Positions 16,411 through 35,386 of a stretch of DNA of 64,000 bases are shown here, one piece after another. The position numbers and the translations under genes are program-made. The notes beneath the pieces were generated by a model. That model made no database searches and was not told the origin of the DNA. It saw only the letters and a program-made list of their open reading frames with translations. Source of the DNA: the human T2T-CHM13v2.0 reference genome, Homo sapiens. Every line of letters begins with the position of its first letter. The first letter of the stretch is position 1. The stretch is taken from assembly GCF_009914755.1 (NCBI RefSeq), contig NC_060937.1; one strand, 5' to 3'.

Positions 16411-17124
16411 TTTGACTAAAGAGCATCGGAAGGTTTTGGGAGAGCCTCAGCCAGAATTTTGCAGTCGGACAAGGGTACAGAGAGGCCAGCGGGCTCCTTT
16501 GCACGTCAGCCAGGGTGCAAAATGAGCGCAGGTCTGGCCAGGAGGCCGACAAAGTAAGCTAGAGTTCTCCGTTCCGCCACGAGGTGCTCCATGGTGGCAG
16601 CTGGGAGGCTGCAGGGGCATGGGCGGGCCGGCGAAGATGGCATGTAGGCACAGAGGAGGCGAGCCGCCGGAGGGGTGTGAGACCTGTATGCTGTGCTTGA
16701 CCGGTGTTTGGCGTGACGGGGGTCCCCACCCAGCCCAGTGGAGGATGCATTTTCATGTGGTGGAGGTTGGGGGTGGGGAGGGGGTGGTCAGGAGGGGGTG
16801 GAGTGGTGGGAAGGCATGAGAGCTCTGCCCGAGCCGCTGCCACAGCCCAGGCGGCTGCCCGCAAACCTACACGTGCGCAGTAGGTGGCCCACATGCTGGT
16901 ACCTGGGCCGGCTCTGGTATCACCGGGATGCCCAGGAAATAATGGCAGTTCTCCGCTGTGTGGAGTCTCTCAACGGGCCTAGACCTGGAAGTCAGGAATC
17001 TCAGGTGAGTCAGCCTGGTTGAGGGGGCGGGGGGAAGACACGGCCCTCCTTAGCCAGCCTGGTATTCCCAGCGAAAGAGAGGCCACCGCCCTGCCACAAC
17101 CCGACCCCGTCCCAACCCCGCGTC

Positions 17125-18580
<1,456 letters not shown>

Positions 18581-19179
18581 CTGGGACAGCACGCCAGACA
18601 CCAGAAGGGTCCCAGGGCATCGAGGCCCTCGGCCAGGGGGTGGGTTGGTGGGGGAGGGCGTGTTGATGGTGGTGGTGGGGCCAGAGAGACGAAGAGGAAG
18701 GGGGCGAGGGGAAGGGGTGAGCGGGGCGCGTTTCGGGGGCTGGCTCTCCGGGCCTCTCCAGGAATCCCACGGAAACTGGAAGCCGCTCTCTGGGCTCCCA
18801 CGCATCTTCAGCATGGAGAAACCGGCCTGGGAGGGTGGAGGGGAGTGTGGAACTGAACTTCCGTGTGTGTCTTGAGTGTTCCAGGCCCTCTCTCCGTGAA
18901 GGAGGCAGTGCCTGTGGGTGTCGCCATTGCCGGGACAGTCTCACACAGGCAGGCGTGTGGCTCTGGTTAATTTCCACGTAGACCAGAGCGAGACCCCAGA
19001 GAAAAGATGCCTCCCCGGCGTGATGGCCTGACGACGGATTCCCGTGTGCGGCAACATGGGGAGTCTGCAGTGTGGCCGGTTTGAAAACTGGCAAGTAGAG
19101 CAAAGGCACCGTGCGGGATTTCCACCCTTCCCTGCATGTTTCTGGGTGCCTGCAGACCAATGGGAACAAACAGTCAGCA

Positions 19180-22100
19180 TGAAACATCTCTGAACTGATC
19201 AACAAAGTGATGTAACACTTGTCTAGGCTCTGCCTACAGGTGCTTTGTGACTTATCTCTGCACTGATAACCCAGGTGATGGGACATTTGTCTAGGCTCTG
19301 CCTATGGGGGCATTTTGACATATCTCTACACTGATCACCTAGGTGATGTAACTCTTGTGTTGGATCTGCCTATGGGGGCATTGTGACATATTTCTGCACT
19401 GATCACCCAGATGTTGGGACTCTTGTCTACTCTCTGTGAAAGGGGGCTTTGTGACATATCTCTGCACTGATCACCCAGGTGATGTAACGCTGGACTAGGC
19501 TCTGCCCACGGGGCATAGTGACATATCACTGCACTGATCACCGAGGTGATGTAACTCTTGTCCAGGCTCTGCCTATAGGGGCCTTGTGACATATCTCTGC
19601 ACTGATCATCTAGGTGATGTAACACTTGCTTACGCTCTGCCTCCAGGGGCATTGTGAAATATTTCTGCACTGATCACCCAGGTGATGGGACTCTTCTCTA
19701 GGCTCTGCCTACTTTGGCTTTGTCACATATTTCTGCACTGATCACCCAGGTGATGGACTCTTGTCTTGGATTTGCCTATGGTGGCATTGTGACATATCTC
19801 TGCACTGATCACCCAGGTGATGTAACTCTGGTCTAAGCTCTGCCTAAAGGGGCATTGTGACAGATCTCTGCACGGATCACTCAGGTGATGTAAATATTGT
19901 CTAGGCTCTGCTTAAAGGGGCCTTGTCACATATCTCTGCCCTGATTACCCAGGTGATGTAACTCTTCTCTAGGCTCTGCTTACAGGGGGTATTGTGACAT
20001 ATCTCTGCACTGATCACCTAAGTCATGTAAGAATTGTGTAGGCTCTGCCTACAGGGGCATTTTGACATATCTCTGCACTGTTAACCGAGGTGATGTAACT
20101 CTTGTGTAGGCTGTGCCCACAGGGGGATTGAGACATATCTCTGCACTGATCCCGAGGTGATCCAACTCTTGCCTGGTCTCTGCCTACTGGGGACATTGTG
20201 ACATATCTCTGCACTGATCTCCCAGGTGCTGTAACTTTAGTGTAGGCTCTGGCTACACGGCATTGTGACATATCACTGCACTGATCACCCAGGTGACATA
20301 ACTCTTGTCTAGGCTCTGCCTACAGGGGGCTTGTGACATATCTCTGCACTGCTCAATCAGGTGATATAACTCTTCTCTAGGATCTGCCTACAGGGTGCTT
20401 TGTGATATATCCCTGCAATGATCACCCAGGTGATATACCACTTGTCAAGGCTCTCCCTACAGGGACATTGCGATGTATCTCTGCACTGATCACCTAGGTC
20501 ATGTAACTCTTGTCTAGGCTCTGCCTAAAGTGGCATTGTGGCATATCTCTGCACTGATCACCCAGGTGATGGAACTCTTGTAGGATCTGCTTACAGGGTG
20601 CTTTGAGACATATCCCTGCAATGATCACCCAGCTGATGTACCACTTGTCAAGGCTTTGCCTACAGGGACATTGCGATGTATCTCTGTATTGATCACCTAG
20701 GTCATGTTACACTTGTCTAGGCTCTGCCTACACTGGCATTGTGACATATCTCTGCACTGATCATCCAAGTGATGTAACACTTGTCTAGGATCTGCCTAAA
20801 GGGACTTTGTGACATAACTCTGCACTGATCATCCAGGTGATGGGGCTTTTGTCTAGGCTCTGCCTAAGGGCGCATTGTGACATATCTCTGCACTGATCAC
20901 CCAGGTGACGGACTCTTGTCTTGGATCTGCCTATGGGGGAACTGGGATATAACACTGCACTGATCACCCAGGTGATGTAACTGTTGTATAAGCTCTGCCT
21001 ACAGGAGAATTGTGAGAGATCTCGCCACTGATCACCCAAGTGATGTAACTATTGTCTAGGCTTTGCCTACAGGGGACTTTGTGACATACTTTTGCACTGA
21101 TCACCCAGGTGATGTAACTCATCTAAGTTCTACCTACAGGTGCTTTGTGACATATCTCTGCACTGATCACTTAGGTGATGTAACACTATTATAAGCACTG
21201 CCTACAGGGAATTTTGCCAACTCTCTGCACTGATCACCTAGGTGATGATACTCTTGTCTACCCTCTGCCCAAAGGGGGCATTGTGAAATATCTCTGCACT
21301 GATCACCCAGCAGAATCAACTCTTGTCTAGCATCTGCCTAAAGAGGGTATTGTGAAATAACTCTGCACTGATCACCCAGGTGATGTAACTCTTGTCTAGG
21401 CTCTGCCTGCTGGAGACATTTTGACATATCTCTGCACTGATCACCCAGGTGATGTCACTTTTGTCAAGGATATGGCTGCAGGGACATTGTGACATGTCAC
21501 TGCACTCATCACACAGCTGATGTAATTCTTGTCTAGGCTCTGGCTACAGGCGTCTAGTGACACATCTCTGAACTGATCACCCAGATGATGTAACCCTTGT
21601 CTAAGCTCTGCCAAAAGGGGGCATTTTGACATAACTCTGCATTGATTACCCAGGTGATGGGACTCTTGTCTAGGCTCTGCCTACAGGGGCTTTGTGACAT
21701 ATCTCTGCAGTGATCACTCAGGTGATGTAACGCTTGTCTATATCTGCCTGCTGGCGGCATTGTGGCATATTTCTGCACTGATCACCCAGGTGATGGACTC
21801 TTGTCTTGGATCTGCCTATGGGAGCATAGTGACATATCTCTGCACTGATCACTCATGTGATGTAACGCTTGTCTAAGCTGCGCCTAAAGGGGAATTGTGA
21901 CAGATATCTCCGCTGATCACCCAGGTGATGTAACAATTTTCTGGGATTTGTCTACAGGGGGCTTTCTGACATATCTTTGCACTGATCACCCAGGAGATGT
22001 AACTCTTGTCTAGGCTCAGCCTACAGGGGCTTTGTGACATATTTCTGCACTGATCACTCAGATGATGTAACACTTGTCTAGGCTCCTCCTACAGGGTCTT

Positions 22101-23590
22101 TGTGAGATATCTCTGCACTTATCACCCAGGTGATGTAACTCTTCTCTAGGCTCCACCTACAGGGGGTATTGTGACGTATCTCTGCACTGATCACCCAGGT
22201 GATGTAACATTTTTCTAGGCTCTGCCTACTGGGGCGTTTTGACATAGCTCTGCACAGATCACCTAGGTTATGTAACTCTTGTCCACTCTCGGCCTACAGG
22301 GGGCATTGTGAAATATATCTGCACTGATCACCCAGGTGATGGGACTCTTCTCTATACTCTGCATAGAGGGGGATTTGTGACATATCTCTGCACTGATCAC
22401 CCAGGTGAAGGAAGTCTTGTCTAGGCTCTGTCTATGGGGGCATTGTGTCAAATATCTGCACTGATCACCCAGGTGATGTAACTCTTGTCTAGGCTCTGTC
22501 TACAGAGATTATTGTGACATATCACTGCACTGATCACCTAGGTGATGTAAGCCTTGTATGGGCTCTGCCTACAGAAGGCTTTGTGACATATCTATGCACT
22601 GATGTCTGAGGTGATGCAACTCTTGTCTAGGCACTGCCTACAGGGGACATTGGTACATATCTCTGCACTGATCACCCAGGTGATGGACCCTTGTCTTAGA
22701 TCTGCCTACATGGACATTGTGACACATCTCGGAACTGATCAACCAAGTGATGAAACTCTTGTCTAGGCTCTGCCTACAGGGGCTTTGTGACACATCTCTG
22801 CACTGATCACCCTGGGGAGTGAGCTCTTGTCTACACTCTGCCTACAGGAGGCTTTATGACTTATTCCTGCCCTAATATCCTAGCTGATATAACACTTGTC
22901 TAGGCTCTGCCTACACGGGAATTCTCACATATCTCTGCACGGATCACCCAGGTGATGTAACTCCTGTCTAGGTTTAGCCTACAGTAGCGTTTTGACATAT
23001 CTCTGCACTGATCACCCAGGTGATGTAACCCTTGTCTGAGCTCTGCCTACTAGGGCATTGTGACAGATCTCTCTACTGCTCACCCAGGTGATATAACAAT
23101 TGTCTGGGCTTTGCCTGCAGGGGGTCTTGTGGTATACATTTCCACTGATCAAACAGGAGATGTAACCCTTGTCAAAGTTCTGCTTACAGGGGCTTTGTAA
23201 CATATGTGCACTGATAACCCCAGGAAGGAAACCCTTGTCTACACTCTGCCTACTGGAGGCTTTAGGACTTATTCCTGCACTGAACACTAGGTGATGTAAC
23301 ACTTGTTTAGGCTCTGTCTGCACGGGAATTTTCACATATCTCTACACTGATCACCTAAGTGATGTAACCCTTGCATAGGTTCAGCCTACTGGGGATTTCT
23401 GACATACCTATGCACTGATCACCGAGGTGATGTAAATCATTTCCAGGCTTTCTGTACAGGGGACATTGTGATATATCTCTGCACTGATCACCCAAATGAT
23501 GCAAGTCTTCTCTAGGCTCCACAGGGAGGGGGCATTGTGACATATTTCTGAACTGATCTTCCAGGAGATGTAACTATTCTCCAGGCTTTG
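19180..23590 (-). repeat. Beta satellite array
   Basis: 68-bp monomers, reverse orientation. Confidence 0.97.
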
Positions 23591-23913
23591 AATAAAGAGT
23601 TTCGGAATGTGTTGGGAGAGCCTCAGCTGGAATTTCACAGACTGACAAGGGCACAGAGAGGCCAGCTGGCTCCCTTGCATGTCAGCCGAGGTGCGCAATG
23701 ATCGCAGGTCTAGCCAGGAGGCCGGCAAAGAGAGCTAGAGGTCTGAGTTCCTCCGCCAGGAGCTCCATGGTGGCAGCTGGGAGGCTGCAGGGGCACCGGC
23801 GGGCTGGCGACGGTGACGCGGAGGCACAGAGGAGGCGAGCCGCCGGAGGGGTGTCAGGCTTGGATGATGGGCAGGCCCGGTGTTTCCCGGGACTGTGGTC
23901 TCCACCCAGCCCA
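23591..23913 (-). repeat. 3' tail (intron 2/pLAM-like) of a D4Z4-like unit, truncated at an inversion breakpoint
   Basis: Homologous to ~16411-16737; stops at CCACCCAGCCCA. Confidence 0.88.
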
Positions 23914-23917
23914 GAGA

Positions 23918-24778
23918 CCAGGAGTGATATCTGGTTTCAGAATGGAAGGACCAGGCCCCTGGGAGAGGCGGGCAGGGCGACCGCGCAGTCAGGCGGCATG
24001 TGCAAAGTGGCCCCCTGTGGGTGTCACCCTGCTCTCTCGTGGGTCACCTTCGCCACACCGGCGTGTGGGGAACGGGGCTTCACGCACCCCCTGTGCCCTG
24101 CGCGCCTGGGGCTCTCCCACAGGGGGCTTTCATGAGCCAGTGAGCGAGGGCCGTCGCTGTGCTCCAGCCCAGCCTGGCCGCGCCAGCAGAGGGGATCTCC
24201 CAACCTGCCCCGGCACGCGGGGATTTTGCTTACGCCACCCCGGCTCCTCCTGAAGGGGCGCTCTCCGACCCTCAGGCTCCTCGGTGGCCTCCGCACATGG
24301 GCAAAAGCCAGGGGGACCCGGACCCGCAGCGCGACAGCTTGCCTGGCCCTTGCGCGGTGGGAATCCCTGGGCCGGCTGAGGCGGGCCCACAGAGCCAAGG
24401 TGTGCTTGTGCCACCCGCGTCCCCGGGGAGTCCGTCATGGGGCTGTGGCCGGTGTCCGCAGTTCGCTGGGGCGGCGTGGGTACCACAAGCTGGGGCAGCC
24501 CCACCTCGCCAGCCCATGACCCAGAGCCCTCCGCCTGGCAGGGGCAGATGCTAGGCATCCCGGCGCCCTCCCAGGCGCTCCAGGAGCCGGGGCGCTCGTT
24601 GGCACTCCCCTCTGGCGTGCTGCTGGATGAGCTCCTGGAGAGCCCGGAGTTTCCACAGCAGGCGCAATCTTTCCTAGAAATGGAGGCCCCAGGGGAGCTG
24701 GAGGCCTTGGAAGAGGCGGCCTTGCTGGAAGCACCCCTCAGAGAGGAAGAATACCGGGATCTGCTGGAGGAGCTTTAG
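23918..24778 (+). pseudogene. DUX4L: 5'-truncated DUX4-like fragment (HD2 helix 3 to C-terminus)
   Basis: RSDIWFQN at the start; frameshifts; intact terminal [15 protein letters not shown]...[11 protein letters not shown] (track ORF 24437..24778). Confidence 0.9.
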
Positions 24779-25307
24779 GACGCAGGGTTGGGACGGGGTC
24801 GGGTCGGGGCAGGACAGTGGCCTCTCTTTCGCGGGGAACACCTGGCTGGCTACGAATGGGCGTGTCTTCCCCCCGTCCCCTCCACCGGGCTGACCAGCCT
24901 GGGAATCCTGCCTTCTAGGTCTAGGCCCGGTGAGAGACTCCACACATTGGAGAACTGCCATTCTGTCCTGGGCATCCCGGGGATCCCAGTGCTGGCCCAG
25001 GTACCAGCAGGTGGGTCGCCTACTGCGCACGCGCGGGTTTGCAGGTAGCCGTCTGGGCTGTGGGAGCAGCCCAGGCAGAGCTCTCATGCCTTTCCACCAC
25101 CCCACCACCACCTGACCACCCCCAACCTACCCCCACACCCCACCCCCGGAAAATGCGTCCTCCCCTGACCTGGGTGGAGACACCCCGTCCCGCGAAACAC
25201 CAGGACCACCTAGCGTCCTTTCCTGACATCCCTTCGGTGGCTTGCATCCTCTGCACCTCCGCGCCACCATAGCCCACCCGGGCATTCCCCTGCAGCCTCC
25301 CAGCTGC
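23918..25307 (+). repeat. D4Z4-like unit 3, 3' part only, fused directly to beta satellite
   Basis: Runs from the end of homeobox 2 through stop, exon 2 and KpnI site (GGTACC 25000) to CAGCTGC|AGAGATATG. Confidence 0.9.
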
Positions 25308-27390
25308 AGAGATATGTCACAATGTCTCCAGTAGGCAGAGCCTAGACAAGAGTTACATCACCTGGGTGATCAGGGCAGAGATATGTCGCACTGCCCCCTG
25401 TAAGCAGATCCCAGACAAGAGTTGCATCACCTCGGTGATCAGTGCAGAGATATGTCTCAATGCCCCCTGTCGGTGAAGCCCATACAAGAGTTCCATCATC
25501 TCGGTGATCAGTGCAGTGATATGTTAAAATGCTCCTGTAGGCAGCGCCTAGACAAGAGTTACATCACCTGGGTGATCAGTGCAGATATTTGACACAATGC
25601 CCCCAATAGACAGAGCCTAGACAAGACTTCCATCACCTGGGTGATCAGTGCAGAGATATGTCACAAAGCCCCTGTAGGCAGAGCCTAGGCAAGAGTTACA
25701 TCTCCCGGCTGATCAGTGGAAAGATATGTCAAAAAGCACTCTGTAGACAAATCCCAGAAAATTGTTACATCACCTGGGTGATCAGCACAGATATCTGTCA
25801 CAATTCCCCTTTAGATGCAGCTTAGACAAACTTTACATCACATGAGTGATCAGTGCAGAGATATGTCACTATGCCCCCATAGGCAGATCCAAGACAAGAG
25901 TCCATCACCTGGGTGATCAGTGCAGAAATATGCCACAATGCCGCCAGTAGGCAGACATAGGCAAGAGTTACATCACCTGCGTGATCACTGCAGAGATATG
26001 TCACAATGCTCCTGTAGGCAGAGCCTAGACAAGAGTCCCATCACCTGGGTGATCAGTGCAGAGTTATGTCACAATGCCCCCTTTTGGCAGAGCCTAGACA
26101 AGGGTTACATCACCTGGGTGATAAGTGCAGAGATGTGTCACAAGCCCCCTGTAGCCAGAGCCTAGACAAGAGTTACATCAGCTGTGTGATCAGTGCAGTG
26201 ACATGTCACAATGTCCCTGTGGCCATATCCTTGACAAAAGTGACATCACCTGGGTGATCAGTGCGGAGATATATCACAATGTCTCCAGTAGGCAGAGCCC
26301 AGACAAGAGTTACATCACCTGGGTGATCAGGGCAGAGATATGTCACAATACCCCCTGTCAGCAGAGCCTAGACAAGAGTTACATCACCTGGGTGATCAGT
26401 GCAGAGATAAGTCATAAATCCCACTGTAGGCAGATCCTAGACAAGGGTTGAATCACCTGGGTGATCAGTGCAGAGATATTTCACAATGCCCCCTGGAGGC
26501 AGAGAGTGGCAAAGAGTTACATAACCTAGGTGATCTGTGCAGACCTACGTCAAAACGCCCCTGTAGGCAGAGTCTAGATAAATGTTACATCACCTGGGTG
26601 ATCAGTGCAGAGATACGTCACAATACCCTCTGTAGGTGGAACCTAGACAAGAGTTACATCACCTGGGTGATCAGTGCAGAAATATGTCTCAAAGCCCCTG
26701 TAGGCCGAGCCTAGACAAGAGTTACATCACGTGGGTGATCAGTGCAGAGATGTGTCATAAATCCCACTGTAGGCAAGGCCTAGACACGTCTTACATCACC
26801 TCAGTGATCAGTGCAGAGATATGTCCCAGTGTCCCACTTGGCAGTGCTTAGAAAAGAGTCACATCTCCTGGCTGATCAGTGCAGAGATAAGTCACAATAC
26901 CCACATAGGCAGGCCTAGACAAGAGTTACATAACCCGAGTGATCATCAGTGCCGAGATATGTCACTATGCCGCCATAGGCAGATCCAAGACAAGAGTCCG
27001 TCACCTTGGTGATCAGTGCAGAAATATGCCACAATGCCGCCAGTAGGCAGATATAGACAAGAGTTACATCATCTCCGTGATCACTGCACAGATATGTCAC
27101 AATGCCCCTGTAGGCAGAGCCTAGACAAGTGTCCCATCACCTGGGTGATCAGTGCAGAGTTATGTCACAATGCCCCCTTTTGGCAGAGCCTAGACAAGGG
27201 TTACATCACCTGGGTGATCAGTGCAGAGATGTGTCACAAGCCCCCTGTAGCCAGAGCCTGGATAAGTGTTACATCAGCTGTGTGATCAGTGCAGTGACAT
27301 GTCACAATGCCCCTGTAGCCATGTCCTTGACAAAAGTGACATCACCTGGGTGATCAGTGTGCAGATATGTCACATTGTCTCCAGTAGGCA
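25308..27390 (+). repeat. Beta satellite block in + orientation (inverted relative to flanks)
   Basis: Monomers read GATCAGTGCAGAGATATGTCAC until the switch at 27388-27390. Confidence 0.96.
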
Positions 27391-27770
27391 CTGATCACCC
27401 CAGGGAAGAAACACTTTTCTACTCTCTGCCTACAGGAGGCTTTACGACTTATCCCTGCACTGATCACTAGGTGATGTAACACTTGTCTAGGCTCTGTCTA
27501 CACGGGAATTTTCACATATCTCTACACTGATCACCTAAGTGATGTATCCCTTGTCTAGGTTCAGCCTACTGGGGATTTCTGACATACCTATGCACTGATC
27601 CCCGAGGTGATGTAAATCATTTCCAGGCTTTTTGTACAGGGGACATTGTGATATATCTCTTCACTGATCACCCAAATGATGCACATCTTCTCTAGGCTCC
27701 GCAGGGAGGGGGCATTGTGACATATTTCTGAACTGATGATCAAGGAAGATGTAACTATTCTCCAGGCTTT
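27388..27770 (-). repeat. Beta satellite, pLAM-distal monomers of unit 4
   Basis: Reverse-complement homolog of 9071-9453. Confidence 0.9.
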
Positions 27771-30510
<2,740 letters not shown>

Positions 30511-33500
30511 TGACACATCTCTGAACTGATCAACAAAGTGAGGTAACACTTGTCTAGGCTGTGCCTGCAGGGGCTTTGTGACATATCTGTGCACTGATCA
30601 CCCAGGTGATGGGATTTTTCCTAGGCTCTGCCTATGGGGGCATTGTGACATATCTCTACACTGATACCCCAGGTGACGTAACTCTTGTGTTGGATCTGCC
30701 TATGGGGTCATTGTGACATATTTCTGCAATGATCACCCAGGTGATGGGACTCTTGTCTAGGCTCTGTATATGGGGGCTTTGTGACATATCTCTGCACTGA
30801 TCACCAAGGTGATGTAACGCTTGACTAGGCTCTGCCTATGGGACATAGTGACATATCACTGCATTGATCACTGAGGTGATGTAACTCTTGTCAAGGCTCT
30901 GCCTATAGGGGGCCTTGTGACATATCTCTCCACTGATCACCCAGGTGATATAACTCTTGTCTAGGCCCTGCCTACAGGGGGCTTGTGACATATCTCTGCA
31001 CTGATCACCCAGGTGATATAACTCTTCTCTAGGAACTGCCTACAGGGTGCTTAGTGACATATCCCTGCAATGATCACCTAGGTGATATACCACTTGTCAA
31101 AGTTCTGCCTACAGGGGCATTGTGACAGAACTCTGCACTGATCACCCAGGTGATGGGACTCATGTCTAGGCTCTGCCAACAGTGGCATTGTGACATATCT
31201 CTGCACTGATCACCCAGGTGATGCAAATCTTTTCTAGGATCTGCCTACAGGGTTCTTTGTGACATATCCCTGCAATGATCACCCAGGTGATGTAGCACTC
31301 GTCAAGGCTCTGCCTACAGGCACATTGCGATGTATCTCTGCACTGATCACCTAGGTCATATAACTCTTGTATAGGCTCTGCCTACAGTGGCATTGTAACT
31401 TATCTCTGCACTGATCATCCAAGTGATGTAAACCTTGTCTAGGAACTGCCTAAAGGGACTTTGTGACATTAATCTGCACTGATCATCCAGGTGACGGGGC
31501 TGTTGTCTATACTCTGCCTAGAGAGAGATTTGTGACATATCTCTGCTCTGATCGCCCAGGTGATGGAAGTCTTGTCTAGGCTCTGTCTATGGGGACATTG
31601 TGTAAAATAACTGCACTGATCACCCAGGTGATGTAACTCTTTTCTAGGCTCTGTCTACAGGGATTTTAGTGACATATCACAGCACTGATCACCTAGATGA
31701 TGTAAGCCTTGTATGGGCTTTGCCTACAGAAGGCTTTGTGACATATCTCTGCACTGATCTCTGAGGTGATGCAACTCTTGTCTAGGCACTGCCTACAGGG
31801 GACATTGGTACATATCTCTGCACTAATCACCCAGGTGATGGACTCTTGTCTTAGATCTGCCTACATGGACATTGTGATACATCTCTGAACTGATCAACCA
31901 AGTGATGAAACTCTTGTCTGGGCTCTGCCCACAGGGGCTTTGTGACACATCTCTGCACTGATCACCCTGGGGAGGGAACATTTGTCTATGCTCTGCCTAC
32001 AGGAGGCTTTATGACTTATACCTGCACTGATAACCTAGGTGATGTAACACTTGTCTAGGCTCTGCCTACACGGGAATTCTCACATAACTCTGCACTGATC
32101 ACACAGGTGACCGACTCTTGTCTTGGATCTGCCTATGGGGGCATTGTGACATATCTCTGCACTGATCACCCAGGTGATGTAACTGTTGTACAAGCTCTGC
32201 CTACAGGGGCATGGTGAGAGATCTCGCCACTGATCACCCAAGTGATGTAACTATTGTCTAGGCTTTGCCTACAGGGGGCTTTGTGACATACCTTTGCACT
32301 GATCCCCAAGGTGATGTATCTCATCTAAGTTCTGCCTACAGGAGCTTTGTGACATATCTCTGCACTGATCACTTCAGTGATGTAACAGTTTTATAAGCAC
32401 TGACTACAGGGAATTTTGACAAATATCTGCACTGATCACGTAGGTGTTGTAACTTTTGTCTACCCTCTACCCAAAGGGGGCATTGTGACATATCTCTTCA
32501 CTGATCACCCAGGTGATGTAACTGTTGTACAAGCTCTGCCTACAGGGGCATGGTGAGAGATCTCGCCACTGATCACCCAAGTGATGTAACTATTCTCTAG
32601 GCTTTGCCTACAGGGGGCTTTGTGACATACCTTTGCACTGATCCTCAAGGTGATGTATCTCATCTAAGTTTTGCCTACAGGAGCTTTTTGACATATCTCT
32701 GCGCTGATCACTTCGGTGATGTAACAGTTTTATAAGCACTGACTACAGGGAATTTTGACAAATATCTGCACTGATCACGTAGGTGTTGTAACTTTTGTCT
32801 ACCCTCTGCCCAAAGCGGGCATTGTGAAATATCTCTGCACTGATCACCCAGGTGATTCAACTCTTGTCTAGGATCTGCCTACAGGGGCATTTTAACATAT
32901 CGCTGCACTGATCACCGAGATGATGTAACTATTGTATAGGCTTCGCCGACAGGGGGCATTGAGATATATGTTTGCACTGATCACCGAGGTGATGCCACTA
33001 TTTTCTGGGATCTGCTTACATTGGGCACTGTGACATATCTCTGCCCTGATCACCCAGGTGATGTAACTCTTGTCTTGTCTCTGCCTACTGGGGACATTGT
33101 GACATGTCTCCAAACTGATCAGCCAGGTGAAGTCACTTTTGTTCAAGGATATGGCTACAGGACATTGTGACATGTCATTGCACTGATCACACAGCTGAAG
33201 TAACTCTTGTCTAGGCTCTGGCTACAGGGGGCTTGTAACACATCTCTGCACTGATCACCCAGGTGATGTAACCATTTTCTAGGCTCTGCCAAAATGGGGC
33301 ATTGTGACATAACTCTGCACTGATCACCCAGGTGATGGGATTCTTGTCTAGGCTCTGCCTACAGGAGCATTGTGACATATCTCTGCAGTGATCACGCAAG
33401 TTATGCAACTCTTGTCTATATCTGCCTACTGGCGGCCTTGTGGCATATTTCTGCACTGATCACCCAGGTGATGGACCCTTGTCTTGGATCTGCCTTTGGG

Positions 33501-34880
33501 GGCATAGTGACACATGTCTGCACTGATCACTCATGTGATGTAACGCTTGTCTTAGCTGAGCCTGAAGGGGAATTGTGACAGATATCTCCACTGATCACCC
33601 AGGTGATGTAACAATTTTCTGGGATTTGTCTACAGGGGGCTTTTTGACATATCTTTGCACTGATCACCCAGGATATGTAACTCTTGTCTAGGCTCATCCT
33701 ACAGGGGCTTTGTGACATATTTCTGTACTGATCACCCAGGTGATGTAACTCTTGTCTAGGCTCCACCTTCAGGGGTTGTTGTGACGTATCTCTGCACTGA
33801 TCACCCAGGTGATGTAACTCTTGTCTAGGCTCCACCTACAGGGGGTATTGCGACGTATCTCTGCACTGATCACCCAGGTGATGTAACATTTATCTAGGCT
33901 CTGCCTACAGTGGCGTTTTGACATAGCTCTGCACAGATCACCTGGGTTATGTAACCCTTGTCCACTCTCCGCCTACAGGGGCATTGTGAATTATCTCTGC
34001 ACTGATCACCCAGGTGATGGGACTCTTCTCTATACTCTGCCTAGAGGGCGTTTGGGACATATCTCTGCACTGATAACCAAGGTGATGGAAGTCTTCTCCA
34101 GGCTCTGTCTATGGGGGCATTGTGTCAAATATCTGCACTGATCACCCAGGTGATGTAACTCTTTCCTAGGCTCTGTCTACAGGGATATTTGTGTCATATC
34201 ACTGCACTGATCACCTAGGAGATGTAAGCCTTGTATGGGCTTTGCCTACAGAACGCTTTGTGACATATCTATGCACTGATCTCCGAGGTGATGCAACTCT
34301 TGTCTAGGCACTGCCTACAGGGGACATTGGTACATATCTCTGCACTGATCACCCAGGTGATGGACTCTTGTCTTAGATCTGCCTACATGGACATTGTGAC
34401 ACATCTCTGAACTGATCGACCAAGTGATGAAATTCTTGTCTAGGCTCTGCCTACATGGGCTTTGTGACACATCTCTGCACTGATCACCCTGGAGAGGGAA
34501 CTCTTCTCTACACTCTGCCTAAAGGAGGCTTTATGACTTATACCTGCACTGATAACCTAGGTGATGTAACACTTGTCTAGGCTCTGCCTACACGAGAATT
34601 CTCACATATCTCTGCTGTGATCACCCAGGTGATGTAACTCCTGTCTAGTTTCAGCCTATAGGAGCGTTTTGACATATCTCTGCACTGGTCACCCAGGTGA
34701 TGTAACCCTTGTCTAAGCTCTGCCTACAGGGGCATTGTGACAGATCTCTCCACTGCTCACCCAGGTGATGTAACCCTTGTCTAAGCTCTGCCTACAGGGG
34801 CATTGTGACAGATCTCTCCACTGCTCACCCCGGTGATGTAACAATCCTCTGGGCTTTTCCTCCAGCGGACTTTATGATAC
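30511..34880 (-). repeat. Beta satellite array
   Basis: 68-bp monomers, reverse orientation. Confidence 0.97.
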
Positions 34881-34898
34881 AGGCGGCTTTGCCTGGGG

Positions 34899-35386
<488 letters not shown>

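Noticed and set aside
23591-23596. AATAAA near a pLAM-like end (also ATTAAA at 2104-2109)
   Set aside because: On the strand opposite to the adjacent tail, or upstream of any same-strand unit in view; single-copy point variants
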